From: Camelus dromedarius
Lineage: Eukaryota
DNA length: 64,000 nucleotides
Assembly (NCBI RefSeq): GCF_036321535.1
Contig: NC_087437.1
Coordinates: forward strand, 89,530,001 to 89,594,000
Direction: 5' to 3'
The notes below the pieces were generated by a model. That model worked only from the letters and a program-made list of their open reading frames with translations, made no database searches and was not told where the DNA came from. Positions within the stretch are counted from its first letter, which is position 1. Every line of letters begins with the position of its first letter. A program made the position numbers and the translations under genes. Positions 1-13,835 of this stretch are shown piece after piece.

Positions 1-134
1 AATTGCACATGATTTGATTATATAAGTCTGTAATATCTAAAATGTTAGGTGTCATAAGAGCTAAAAGTATCTAAAAATACTGGAAAGATCATCATCACAT
101 AATTTTTTTAAAGCTGCAGATAAAAGAAACATAG

Positions 135-302
135 GCTGTCCCCTCTCCCTCCCTCTTTGGAGACGGAGACGGCCCACACTCTGTCTATGGAGTGTGTACC
201 TACTTTTAATCTGAGCACCCAACCCCCACACCTCATGGCCTTTCTCGTGCCTTTCAATGTATCTCTCTGAATAAATCCACCTTTACTCAAAAAAAAAAAA
301 AA
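135..302 (+). mobile_element. Polyadenylated ERV-LTR-like fragment retroposed by L1 machinery
   Basis: AATAAA 270-275, poly(A) from 289, perfect 13-bp TSD AAAAGAAACATAG at 122-134 and 303-315. Body resembles an ERV1 LTR U3/R end. Confidence 0.7.
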
Positions 303-579
303 AAAAGAAACATAGCCATATAGAAAAGCTCATACACCACTTTCTAGTTAAAAACAAAAAACAAAAACAACTTAGAATTTCAAGGAAAAGAAACATCTGA
401 TTAAACTTTGCATTGACACGACTTTTTTTGGTCTTTTTGTTAAACTTATTAGTAGCTGAAGTAAAACATTTAGCAAGTTACATAGCTAGTTACAAGGTCA
501 CCTGTAGAGGTTCTGATTGATTACTGTCAGATTTAGTCTGGTTCAGTGAGGAACATTTTAATAACCTTGACAACTGAAA

Positions 580-646
580 AACATATATATACAATATATA
601 TATAAATATATGTGTATATGTATATTTATATATATATTATATATAT
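580..646. repeat. Imperfect (TA)n microsatellite
   Basis: atatatatac...tatatatt run. Confidence 0.9.
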
Positions 647-1338
647 TCACTAAGTTTGATTATCCAAGAGAAAGAGGTAACTAAAAGCAAATAAGATAAT
701 ATTAAAAATCTTAAAAAAAAACTTTTGAAAGATAATACTAACCCAATAATTCTGTAAGCAGGTAAATATTAAAGGAAAACTTACATTATCTATGTTTAAT
801 GACATTTGATCTATATCAAGAAATATTTTGATATTCAAGGAAATAAAAGGGCTGGCTTCCAAGTACCAATCATTTGACTTTGGATGAATCATTTAACATT
901 CTGAGGTTTAGCATGAAGAATTTAGGTGAAATAATCACTATATACAGTGAAAGTTACATAGGGAAGTTCTGTGACTTCTTCAAACTGGACAAAGTTTAAA
1001 GTTGATGTATGTATTTGTCGAGACAGTGGGGTGAACAAAAAACAGGGACTTTATACCTTCTTGCCTAAGTACCATTTTCAAAAGGTAGAATCATAAAAAT
1101 GTATTATTTTCTTACAAACACCTGGGCTTAAATGGGATTTCACTGTTTATAAAGGCCTTTATTTTCAAATAATGGTAATTTTCAGGAATGATTAGTTCTT
1201 CATGGAAGAAATATATTCATAATCAGTTTATGTTGAAGTTGTCTGTTTTTCAAGTGTATCTGAATGAGGAATTAAGTGTTGGTCTTTAAATAATATCTCA
1301 AATTTACTTATAAAGATCACCAGATAAAAGGTAATGAC

Positions 1339-1942
1339 TATGGTAGGCAAAATTACAAAAAAGGTTTCTGTAAGGCTGCCTGGTTATTTAAGCCAACACT
1401 AATCTAGGTGCTGTACTGCTGAGCAAGGACACTGCTGATGGAATCACGTTCCTAATCAACTGACTTATTTTAAAGCAGGGGGAGCAACCCGGACGGTCCA
1501 GGTGGGCCCAATCTAATCACCTGAATCTTAAAAGCAGAAAAATGTCCCAGATGGAAGCAGGAGATGTGGCAGGAGAGAGAGGCAGCAGGGAGGTGAATCC
1601 AAAGGCAAGGATGCAACTCTCTTTTACTGGCTTGAAATTGGAGGAAGAGGGCCACGAACCCGGAAGGTGGGCAGCCTCCAGAAAATAAGAAAGGCCTTGA
1701 CAGCCAACAAGGAAACGGGGGCTCCAGTCCTAAAACTGCACGCAACTTAATTCTGCCAACAACCCGAATGATCTTGGAAGCAGATTCATCCCCAGAGCCT
1801 CCACAAGAAACAGTACAGCCAAAACCTTGACTTCAGCCCTGGGAAACCCAGTCTCATCCACAAAACATGAAATAATGAATTTGTGTTGTAATAAGCCACA
1901 GATTTGGTAGTAACCTATTTTATAGCATAAGACACTAATTAC
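1339..1942 (+). mobile_element. MaLR LTR (MLT1D/E-like)
   Basis: Motifs ggtgggcccaatctaatcac, ttggaagcagattcatccccagagcctcc and a 3' end tttggtagtaac...tatagca. Confidence 0.8.
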
Positions 1943-2301
1943 GGTGGCAGAAATCCAAATTGCATATTGAGTCATTCTGTAGATTACAAGTATGTTTAAA
2001 CCAGGTATTCTTCAAGGGGGAGAACAAAAAGAAATTACTTTTAGTGCTTATGGAATTTGATTTCTTTTTTAGGCAAATTGTCTTTGTTTCTTTCTTTCTT
2101 CAGCAAACCAAACCCTAGATAACTTCCCTGTCCCTGTAAATGATCTGCTTGACCAGAAACACAGTACATCCAGTTAGCTAATCCCTAAACACTAAACCAA
2201 CTCTGGGCTCCATACTTATATGCTTGTTCCATCTCACCTCAAACAAGGTTGACTGTGTGGCCCTAGCCAATCAGATGTTTTTTTCCCCTTTCTTGTTCTT
2301 T

Positions 2302-3702
2302 TTTGTTTGTTTATTGAAGTATGGTCAGTTTACAATGTTGTGTCAATTTCTGGTGTATCGCATAATGTTTCAGTTATACATACACATAAATATATTCGTT
2401 TTCATATTTTTTCATTATAGGTTATTACAAGATATTGAATATAGTTCCCTGTGCTATACAGAAGAAACTTCTTATATATCTATTTTATATATAGTAGTCA
2501 GTATCTGCAAATCTCAAACTCCAATTTATCCTTTCCCACCCCCATTCCCCACTGGTAACCATAAGATTGTTTTCTATGTCTGTGAATCTGTTTCTGTTTT
2601 GTAAATAAGTTCATTTGTGTCTCTCCCTCTTTTTTTTTTTTTTTTTTTTGGTTCCTCATATGAGTGACAGCATATCGTATTTTTCTTTTTCTTTCTGGCT
2701 TACTTCACTTAGGTCCATCCCTTTTACTTCAAAAGGCATTATTTTTATTCTTTTTTATGGCTGAACAATATTCCACTGTATAAATATACCACAACTTCTT
2801 TATCCAGTCATCTGTCAATGGATGTTTAGGTTGTTTCCATGTCTTGGCTATTGTAAATAGTGCTGCTATGAACATTGGGGTGCAGGTGTCTTTTTGAATT
2901 AAAGTTCCCTCTGGATATATGCCCAGGAGCGGGATTGCTGGATCAACTGGTAAGTCTGTTTTCAGTCTTTTGAGGAAACTCCATCCTGCTTTCCACAATG
3001 GTTTCAGCAAACTACATTCCCACCAACAGTGTAGGAGGGTTCCCTTTTCTCTGCACCCTTTCCAGCATTTATCATTTGTGGACTTTTAAGTAATGGTCAT
3101 TCTAACTGGTGTGAGGTGATACCTCATGGTAGTTTTGATTTGCATTTCTCTGATCATTAGCAATACTGACCATTTTTTCATGTGCCTATTGGCTATTTGT
3201 ATGTCTTCAGTGGAGAATTGCTTTTTAGGTCTTCTGTCCATTTTTGGATTGGATTGTTTCTGTTTTTGTTGTTGTTGTTATTAAGCTATGTGAGCTGTTT
3301 ATATATGCTGGAAATTAAGCACCTGTCAGTCTCATCCTTTGCAAATATTTTCTCCCATTACATAGGCTGTCATTTTGTTTCACTTATGGTTTCCTTTGCT
3401 GTGCAAAAGCTCATTAGTTAAATTAGGTCCCATTTGTTCATTTTTGCTTTTATTTCTCTTGTCTGGGTAGACTACCCTAAGGAGAACACTGCTAAGATTT
3501 AGGTCAGAAAATGTTTTGCCTATGTTTTCTTCTAGGAGGTTTATAGTGTCTTGTCTTATATTTAAATCTTTAAGCCATTTGGAGTTTATTTTTTTGTGTG
3601 GTGTGAGGGAGTGTTCTAACTTAACTGATTTACATGTGGCTGTCCAGTTTTCCCAACACCACTTGTTGAAGAGCCTGTCTTTACTCTATTGTATATCCTT
3701 GA
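2302..3702 (-). mobile_element. 5'-truncated LINE-1 (ORF2 C-terminus plus 3'UTR)
   Basis: ORF 2729-3010 [11 protein letters not shown]...TCTPMFIAALFTIAKTWKQPK. Perfect 14-bp TSD CTTTCTTGTTCTTT at 2288-2301 and 3703-3716. Confidence 0.95.
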
Positions 3703-5857
3703 CTTTCTTGTTCTTTAGTCTTTATCCTGTAAAAGTTTCCCGTCTTCTGCCAGATTCTGCAGTTCTCAGAATGAAGACTGTCCATTTCATGAAAGGTCAA
3801 AGTCTGTACTGCCCAAATTGTCTTCTTTGATTATTCTTTAACAATACAGACACACATAAAAATGTTCACCAGCACAATCTATGTGCTATTACACTTAGTA
3901 AAGGAAACAGATATTAGACAGTACTGACTATACAACAAAGAAAGTAAGTGACAAGTAGCCCTTGTTTTTATCTATCCTAATGAGCATGTTTTCAAACAAT
4001 GGAAATTTGTATCCATAATTTTCAGTTTGATGCCTGTCTGCCAAGGCAAAACTTTTTAAAGTAGCAGGTGCTTTTTAATGCCTCCAAGCATTATTGTCTG
4101 ACAAAATACTCCTGCACTGCATTAGAGGACACACTTTTATGTAAATAGTTGTCAGAGCCTGGGCATCAATTCATAATTGCTCTTTTCTCATCTGATAGTT
4201 TCTGTCTTGTTAGGAGACTGAGATTTCAATTTCTGTAAGGTCAAATTGGGCTTAGTGCAAAACTGAATCATCCTACTAATTATCATGTTGCTGAAATGCC
4301 TTAATAATCAGTTTTGCTTCCTGAACCTTGAACAACTGAATTTTCATTTAATTAATTTTTCTCTCCTATTACTAAAAATATTTACTCTGGCTATAATGGT
4401 AATTTAATTTACCAATTTAAATATTTTGCATCACAGGTATTTTTACCCGTATCTTAGCCTCCCCAGTAAATGTAAACACCTCTTGTGCTCATTGAGAATT
4501 TATGTGTCATCTTTTCATAGCCCCCAGGACAGAATCTTTCGCCAAGTTCACAGTGAATACAAAACAGCTGTTTTGATGACATAGCGCAATACTTTCTGCA
4601 AACTTCCATGGATTTTCCCATTAATTAGTTTGAGTGATGTTTTACCCATGTTATAGCCCTCTCTCAAGAAAACTTACAACTGTCTGAAATAAATAAGCTA
4701 TGTTCTCTATTTTATTAAGAAGACTGATTGAAACAAAAAAGTAACATTAAGCACGTGGACCAAGAATTTCTGGTTACTCCTATTCCCCTAACCCATATAT
4801 AAAACCTGAAAAACTCCAACTTTCAGGATTCTAGTGGCTGGTTTAACTGCAGTCCCTGAAATTACACTACATGTTTCCCTGCTAATTACCTATAAGACCA
4901 TCACCTACTTCCATTTGAAGCAGCCAGTCTCCTAGCATTTGCTCTATTAGTTACTCTTACCAACTTCCAAAGTCCATGGACCATGCTATCATGAGTTGCT
5001 CATCTGACTTCTTCCAATCCACAGGCGTGGACAACAAAATCTTGCTGATTAAGTGAAAGACACTTTAATGGGTTTCAGTGGAAGGGGGAGGGGAGTCTCC
5101 TCCTGCTCTTCCCTGCCCACGGCCAGTCTCCCCACTTAGGGAAGCTGCTCTAGCTGGTACATGAACTGCAGAACCACTGACATAAAAAGACTAAAAGCCA
5201 GACAAGAGTTCTAATCCCAGCTCCACCTTCTGACCAGCTGTATATTCTTGTACCCTTTGCTTAGCCACACAAAGGTAAGATTGTTATCTGGGTTCATTTG
5301 TCAAAGAGGTACATGAACGAGGAGTTGAACTGAGCAAAGACATAATAGAGGCAATCTGGATATATCTTATCCTTTTCATCACTTTGAGTCTCAAACATTA
5401 TAAAGCTTGGAAAGGAAAAAAAATTTAGAAAGGAGAAAGCTATTGGGTGCTCTCAAGCCTGGTGCTACAGGAACCAGAGATGCTGTCTGTTGGCTGCTGC
5501 CATCACGGCAGGGGCCGCTCCGATAGTGGAAGCTGGATGGGGCTCCGTGGTACTGAGTTCTATTCAAGGCAGTCATGTAGAAAAGGGTTAAGTATAAAAA
5601 GGCCATTTCACAATGCTTATGTTTCTAGCTTTTCTGTTAATCCAACTGTATTCCACTTGCCATATGTAATGATAGTTTCCTATTGGAATTGCTCTTTCTG
5701 GTGGCGGAATGCATGTTCATTCATTCATTCACGTACCCAACCATGAAACCCCTGGTGTGCCTAGCCTGATTCACTCCCCTTCCTGGCACTGTATGCTGCA
5801 TATACTGTACCAAAGATACGTACATCAGCACTTAAGGGAGAAAATATGTTATCAAAC

Positions 5858-6296
5858 TGCCAACTGAAGGATGTCACTCGCCATCTGGCTCTACAAGGAC
5901 TAAGTTATTGGCCACTGCAGTCGCTGACTTTCAACATACCCTGGAAGGAGCAGAGATCAGGAATGAGGCACTCTGTGCTCTGGGAAAACTAGCAGAATGG
6001 GCCTTCGGATGGTTAGATATTTTCAGGAAATTTTATGAAGCCAATTTCTTGCATCTTCCCATACTTAGAAAAGCACTAAAATAATGAATTGAGGTATCTG
6101 TGCCTCTCGACTGGTAGCAACCTTCTACCAAGCTGTGTGCTTGCTCGCATGTACCTCTTCTTCACAATTACATACATGCTGACCTCCACCCTCGCCTCTC
6201 TGGAGGGCCAACTCTGGGACGCCTTCTCCTGCGCTACAGTCCTCAGTAATAAAACTGAAACAGCTCTCACACTGTGTGTTTTTATTTCAGTTGACA
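5858..6296 (+). mobile_element. ERV1-type solo LTR
   Basis: TG...CA ends with inverted repeat tgccaactgaa/ttcagttgaca, AATAAA near 6248, 4-bp TSD AAAC/AAAT. Confidence 0.8.
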
Positions 6297-7965
6297 AAAT
6301 CACCAGTGCACAATACGAAAGAGGATTTCCTGTTGCAGTATGTTTTTTAAAAAAAGCACATAAAAGTGTTAGTGGCTCAAATGAGGGGGAAATATTTCCC
6401 TAAAAGAAGCAGGGGCCTCACTGAGGAAAGCACATGAGAGGTGTCTCCGACATCAGCCCTGCCTCTGATGACAACACTCTGGCAGTCAGACGTTTCTACT
6501 TTTAAAAAATAAGGTATCCTAATATTTTACACAGAAAACAGTCAATAGTCTCTTAGTGAAAATTCTAACATGAACTCTATAATAGAAGCTTTAACATTGA
6601 AATTCACAACTTCCTGTCCCTTTATGCACAGGAAGATTATTAAAGTAGTATGTATTGATCAGCTTTTGAAATGCCAACTGTAATATATGAATGTGTCTCT
6701 GGATAGTAAGCATCCATGGAAGCTGATCCATGTATGATTAGCTTATTTAAAAATTAATTTTTAGAAATTCTATTCAGGTGGTATTTTTGTCATATTCTCC
6801 ACATACATGGATAATTTACTGAAACCATGGATATTACTTAAAAATAGAGGCTATCCAAGTCAAAATAAAAATCCAGACTTACACTTTAATTTACTCATAT
6901 GGTATTTCTAGAGTCCATCATCTCTGTTGTCCAAATGCTCTTTGCTTCTGTAACAGCTCACCAATGTTAGGTATTGTATTCTCCAATCTTATAACTACCT
7001 ACAGGCTGATTTTGTTTAAGCCCCATTTAAAACCCTCAAGCCACACACTGATGAGAATTTATTATGTTAATTTTGCTTCTGTGCTCTCCTTTTTCTAGCT
7101 AGAGTACTAACTGTATTACAAGAGGGTTACTAACATTATCAAAAGCTCCCTCTAAGACAGCTTTGGTAATTATTTCCACCAACTAGAAGGAAAGCATATA
7201 GTTCACTCCTGATTCATTCTTGTTTTAACCTGAATTCAACCTCATTTAATATAAAAACTCAAAAATTCTAAATAACCAGAGTCAAATTCTGATGATCTCT
7301 TCAAAATAGCAGAGCAAGGCGATAATAGAGAAATTTCTGCACAGCCTCTAAGCCTAAAATAACCTGTTTGTATTTTGGAAAGCAAGTTGGGGGAAGTGCC
7401 AGCCAAGCAGTGCTAACCCAATCCCTACAGGAGAGTAGAGAGTTATTAATTCACTTGTTAATAAATAGAGAATCATTTTCCCTGTTCTGCTTACTTCTGC
7501 TGGAGAAACACATTCTCTGATAAGTGGCATTTCCCTTTCCCTCAGAGCTGCAGCCACTCACTGCTCACTTACAGCCACAACTGACCACTCCACAGTTTGG
7601 TGCCTCAGCAGACTTTTTATATTCCAGGACTCTACAGAGTTGAAGGGACCAGGAAAGGACACCTGACAGCAAGGAGACTACTCAGGTTATCTGCATATGG
7701 ATGGACTAAATACCAGATGACAGCTAAGGAATGAGGTGTGCCTGTGCAAAGGGGAGCAGGTGTGGGGAAATGTTGGGGCAGAGGAGCAGTGGAAACATCT
7801 TCTACCATATTCATGGAGAAGCAGGGAAAGATGGGCCAACAAGTTGAAACAGGCACGCAGAGGCAGGACACCATATGAGCTGGAAAAGTGGGAAACTGAG
7901 AGCTGTATCACTCCCTGATTTCATCTAGTTCCTGCTTCTATTAGACCCTCAGAAGTCAGGCTCTC

Positions 7966-8527
7966 CGCTATTTACAATAGCCAAGACATGGAAACAACCT
8001 AAATGTCCATTGACAGATGACTGACTGGATGAAGAAGATGTGACATAGACAGACAGACAGATAGACAGATGCAATGAAATACTACTCAGCCATAAAAGAG
8101 AATGAAATAATGCCATTTGCTGCAACATGGATGGACCCGGGGACTGTCATACTAAGCCAGAAAGAGAAAGAAAAGTACCATATGATATCACTTATATGTG
8201 GAATCTAATTTAAAAAAAGGACACAAATTAACTTATTTACAAAACAGAGAGACTCACAGACATAGAAAACCAACTTATGGTTATGGGGTGGGGGGTAGTG
8301 AGGAGGGACAAATCAGGAATTTAGGATTAGCAGATACAAACTACTAGATACAGACTAGACAAACAAGGTCCTGCTGTATAGCACAGGGAACTGTATCAAT
8401 AGCTTGTAATAACCCATAATGAAAAAGAATATGAAAAGGAATATACAGGTACACGTGTAACTGAATCACTATGCTGTACACCAGAAATTAACACAACATT
8501 GTAAACTGACTATACTTCAATTAAACA
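7966..8527 (+). mobile_element. Short LINE-1 3' end
   Basis: tttacaatagccaagacatgg...cattgtaaactgactatacttcaat. TSD AAGTCAGGCT(C/T)TC at 7953-7965 and 8528-8540. Confidence 0.9.
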
Positions 8528-10539
8528 AAGTCAGGCTTTCATATACTGCCCCAAGAGGGGGTGGAGATGGCATTTTTAAATAAGGTCTACAGTTTTGCTT
8601 GTGCTTCTTTGCAGTTGACTTCTAGTGTATGCAACTACTACAGAATGTTAAAGTATTCATGGACTCTATCCCATCAAAATTTAGCATTCATAATTTATAA
8701 TATTTGTAGCCTTTTCCTTCTCAAATTTAAAATTCTAATGTGTGCCTCCTGCTATGATCCTCTTTGAAATATTAGGGAATATTAAATAAAACCTGCTATA
8801 TAATTTTTTGAATATGTACTACTACCTAAGGTAATCTGATGGGAAATTGAGAGTTCAGATACTCACTAAGGCTGGCAAATGTATTACCTTCAAGTATATT
8901 TTGTTCTTTTCTTTTCTGGGGGGAGAACTACATGCTTCCAATTTAAAGAGGCTTTAAAGTTCCCATTTTAGAACCGTAACTGGCAAGCTATAATTTGAGA
9001 AATCCAATGTTTAAACACTCAACTGTGTATAATATCACAATTTAGCAGATTGTACACCACTAATACATTTACCTCAATCTGTCTGGTTTATCCTTTGAAG
9101 GGTCTGTATCAGAATAAAACTTTTTCTTAATATCTCTGGTATTAAACTTGAAATTTTATAAATATGTCATTTCTTCTCATTAATATATCTGCATATCACT
9201 TCATAAAATTTTTACCACTGGGCACATAAAAAAGAGCACATGCTCCACATGCAATTCAACATGCAGGAGCAAGTAGGACTCAACCATTAGCTATCCAACA
9301 CAGCATGATGGTCAAGTGAGTCAGTGAATACACAACAGAAAGTATAATGACATCATCTCATATGTAATTCTCATGTACGTTTCATGTTACAGAACTTTTC
9401 TATTTTTGGAACAGAGTTTAAGAAAATGTTACCACTTGCTATTCACTTTGTAACAGTTTCCCCACTTCCTTCATTCAATTTTCTGAACAGAAGTTTTAAT
9501 TTCAGTGAATGGATTTTCAATGTACTTAAAAGGACAATATCCATGTAAAAAATGTAGTGCTTCCAATAACTTAAACATGTGAGTCGGGATTTCCAGAAAC
9601 TGCAAGATAAAAATATAAATTAGATTCTCATACTGATAGATGAGTTTAACTTATCAGATATAACCTGTAATTTCTAGTTGTTTTATCCATCAAAACGACT
9701 TTTGTTCTCATTGATTGACTCTGTATTTATAGATGTACTGAAAACAATATTACTTATTAATTTCCTATCTTGAGAGTAAAATAAAATGATAAAAACAAAG
9801 TAAATAACACCATAATAATAATGAGAACAAGGAAGGAATATTAGAAAATTACTAGAATAAGTGACATTTCAATAGAAGTCTGACTGTGCAGGGCTAGAAA
9901 TTAATAGGATGGACAGAAAAAGCTGCAGCCTAATGTCCTTCCAGAAGTGGGTATCAAGAAGTTCTTTGACCCAGTGCAACTCTAGACTTAGGACTCAGTA
10001 ATGCTTGGAATGGCAAACTGCAGAAGAATCATGACTGTTTGGGAACAAGGAATTATTTAAAAGCCTTATGAGGACGGTTTTTCCATAATCTTCATGTATC
10101 TCTCTGCCAGCCAAAGGATCAGAAGGTTCTAGAGTGTATTAACCTAAAGGTAATGCCGAAATCTCCACACCTGTCTATAGCTGCACTCAGCTCTCTGCAT
10201 GATGTCCTTAAAGCAAAACCCACAGGTTTAGTCAACCCTCCCACCTACACTAACTACCCAATTATCCAGTCAACCATCATGTGTCTTTCTGAACTATGGA
10301 CAGATGACCAAGACTCACAAACTTTTGAAGAAAGTATCAGCACGAAAGAAAAAAATGTATACTGAAGAGTAAGATGATGCAGAAAGAGAGGAGTAGTAAA
10401 AACTATGTCATTAACTCTCTAAACCACAAGTATATGTATGCAATAGAGCCATTAGCATTCATGAGAAGACTTTTAGAAATTAAAATTATGATGGAAGAAA
10501 TTAATTTAAAAATTTGGTAAAAGAGAGAGAAGATGAAGT

Positions 10540-12632
10540 CAATGATATAAAGCTGAAAGCATTTCTTTTAAGATCAGGATCAAGACAAGAATGCTTAGTC
10601 TCACCTCATTTATTCAACATATTATTGAAAGTCCAAACCACAGGCATCATATAAGAAAAAAATAAATAAAAGGAATTCAGAAAGAAGAGAAACTGTCACT
10701 CTTTGCAGGTAATGTGATACTACATATAAAAAATCCTAAAGACACAACCAAAATGCTACTAAAACTAGTATTTTCAATAAACTTGTAAAATTAATATGCA
10801 TGAATGTTGTTTGTATAAACTAACAATAATCTATCAGATCAAGAAAACAATCCCATTTCAAGTGCAACAAAGTGATAAAATATCTAGGAATAAATGTAAC
10901 TAAGGAGGTAACAGACTTGTACTCAGAAAACTGTAAGACACTAAAGAAAGAAATTGAAGATGACACAAACAAATGAGAAGATTATACCATACTCACGGAG
11001 TAGAGGAATTTACATTGTTAAAATGGGCATATGACCCAAGGCAAATTGAAGATCCAGTGCAATCTCTATCAAAATAACAATGGCAACTTTCATAGAACTA
11101 AAACAAATAAATCTAAAATTTGTATGGAAATACAAAGGCCTCCAAATAGCAAAAGCAATCTTGAGAGAGAAGAACAAAGCTGGAGAGATCATGCCTCCTG
11201 CTTTCAAACTGTACAACAAAGCTACAGTAATCAAAACAGTATGGTACTGGCACAAACACAGAGGCACAGATCAATGGAACAAGAGAGCCCAGAAATAAAC
11301 TCATACTTATATGCCCAATTAATCTAGGACAAAAGAGGCAAGAATAAACAGTCAAAAAAAAAATCCTCTTTAATAAATGGTGCTGGGAAAACTAGACAGC
11401 TATATGCAAAAGAATCAAACTGAACACACCGTATATAAAAATAAACTCAAAACAAATCAAAACCCTAAATGTAAGACTTGAAACCATAAAACTGCTGGAA
11501 GAAAACACAGGCAGTACGCTCACTGACATCAGTCTCAGCAGTATTTTTTTGGATCTGTATCCTCAGGCAAAGAAACAAAAGGAAAAATAAGCAAATGAGA
11601 CTACATCAAACTAAAAAGCCTTTGCAAAACAAAGGAAACTGTCAACAAAATAAAAAGGCATCCTACTGAACAGAAGAAGATATTTGTAAATAATACATCC
11701 AATAAAAGGTTACTATTCAAAATATACAAAGTACTCATACAACTCAACGTCAAAAAAAAAAAAGATTAAAAATGGGCAGGGGACCTGAATAGCCATTTTT
11801 CCAAAGTCATACAGATGGATGACAGACATATAAAAAGATGCTGAATATCATTAATCATCAGGGAAATGCAAATCAAAACCACAAGGAGATATCCCCTTAC
11901 ACCTGTCAGAATGGCTATCAAATGGATATTACAAATAACATATGTTGGCAAGGATGTAGAGAAAAGGGAACCCTTGTGGGCTGTTGGTGGGAATGGAAAT
12001 TGGTGCAACTACCATGTAAAACAGTATGGAGGTTCCTCAAAAATTAAAAATAGAACTGCCATATTATCCAGCAATTTAACTTCTGGGTATTTACCCAAAG
12101 ATAACAAAAGCAGCCATTTGAAAAGATATATGCACCCACCACAATGTTCATTGCAGCATTATTTACAATAGCCAGTATATATGGAACCTAAGTGTCCATT
12201 GATAGGTGAATAGATAAAGAAGGTGTAGTGTGTGTGTGTATATACAATGGAATATTACTGTCATAAAAAAGGGTGAGATCTTGCCATTTGGGGCAACATG
12301 GATGGATTTAGTTTGTATTATCCTAAGTGAAACAAGTCAGACAAAGACAAATACCACACGATCTCACATGTGGAATCTTAAAAAACAAAACAAAACAAAA
12401 TGAAAACAGATACAAAGAAAAAATGGGTGGTTGCCAGAGGAAGAGGTTGGAGAGTGTGAAATAGGTGAAGGGGATTAAGAGATACAAACCTCCAGTTACA
12501 TGATATGTAAGCCAGGGGATGTAATATACAGCATAAGGAATATGGTCAATAATAGTGTATTAACTGTATGGGGACAGATGTTTACTAGACTTACTGTGGT
12601 TATTATTTCATAATGTATGCAAATGTCAAATC
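10540..12632 (+). mobile_element. LINE-1 (L1MA-like) ORF2 RT/C-terminal half and 3'UTR, degraded
   Basis: ORF remnants [18 protein letters not shown] and MQIKTTRRYPLTPVRMA. Confidence 0.92.
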
Positions 12633-12644
12633 ATGATATTTCAA

Positions 12645-13835
12645 TTGCAAATAGGCACACAAAAAGATCAATCATTACTGGAATATAAAAAACACAATGA
12701 CATACCACTGCATACCATCCAGAATGGCTAAAAACAAATCAACAATAATAACAACTGTTGGAAAGATAGGGATTAAGTGAATCGCATGTGCTGAAAATAC
12801 ACAATGGCACAACCACATTGGAGAAGAGTTTAATGGCTTCTTATGAAGTTAAAAATACTCTTACTATATGACAGACATTCTATAAACACCTACGTTTTTG
12901 ACCAAGAGAAAGAAAATACATTTTAAAACAATTCTGTTAATAAAATATTCACAGCAGTTTTATTCATAATAGTCAAAACCTGGGAAAAACTTAAACAACC
13001 ATCATCTGGTGAATGAATAAACAAACTGTCATATATCCATGCAAATTGATAACTATTCCATAATAAAAGATAAAATCTTCTGTTAACCTCAACTACATGG
13101 ATGAATCTCAAAAGTACCAAGCCAAGTAAAAGAAGCCAGAAACAAAAGACTGTTGGATGCTGTATGATTCTATTTATATTGCTTTCTAGAAAAGGCAAAA
13201 CTATAGTGATAAAAAGCAGTGATTTCTAGGGCTAAAGGTTTAGGGCAAGAGACTAAAATCAGAATGCATATGGTGAGCTCAGTAAACGCCTCTCACCCCA
13301 TATGGTAAAGGCTTTGAAGATGTGATTAATTTAAGGACTTTGCAATGGGAATATTATCCTCAGTTATCCAGGTGGGCTTTTCGTAATCACAATGAGCAGA
13401 TGGTGAAGTCAGAAAGATGGGCACAGGAGTAGTAACAGGAAGAGGAGAACCGATGTGACAGTGGAAGACTGGAGTGATAGGGCCACAAGCCAAGGAATAC
13501 TGACAGCTTCTAGAAACTGCAAGAGGCAAGCAAAGCAAGGGATTTTCCCTTGGAGACTGCTCAAGGAGCCAACTCTGTCCATACTTTATTTCCAGAAGAC
13601 TCACTTTGAGCTTCTAATGTCCAGAAGTGTAAAAGATTACATTTGTGTTGATTCAAGCCGCTACTTTTGTGGCTGTTTCAATGGCAATAGGATACTAATG
13701 CAGTAACATGAGGAAACTTGCCTACAAGTGATAGAAATGTGGTTGAGGTTATAAGATCACATAAATGTATCAAACCTCACTGAACTATAGACTTTTATAT
13801 TATGTGTAAATTGCATAAAGCTGATTAAGAAAAGA
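12645..13835 (+). mobile_element. Older LINE-1 3' part (L1MB/ME-like) interrupted by an MLT1 LTR
   Basis: atggatgaatctcaaaa...aagaagccaga L1 3' motifs flanking 13262-13705. Confidence 0.75.
13262..13705 (+). mobile_element. MaLR LTR (MLT1D-like)
   Basis: gatgtgattaatttaagga...ttatccaggtgggc...gcaataggatactaatgca. Confidence 0.8.

Noticed and set aside
9433..9599. LLEALHFLH resembles a protein-kinase alphaE motif
   Set aside because: No HRD, DFG or other kinase motif follows.
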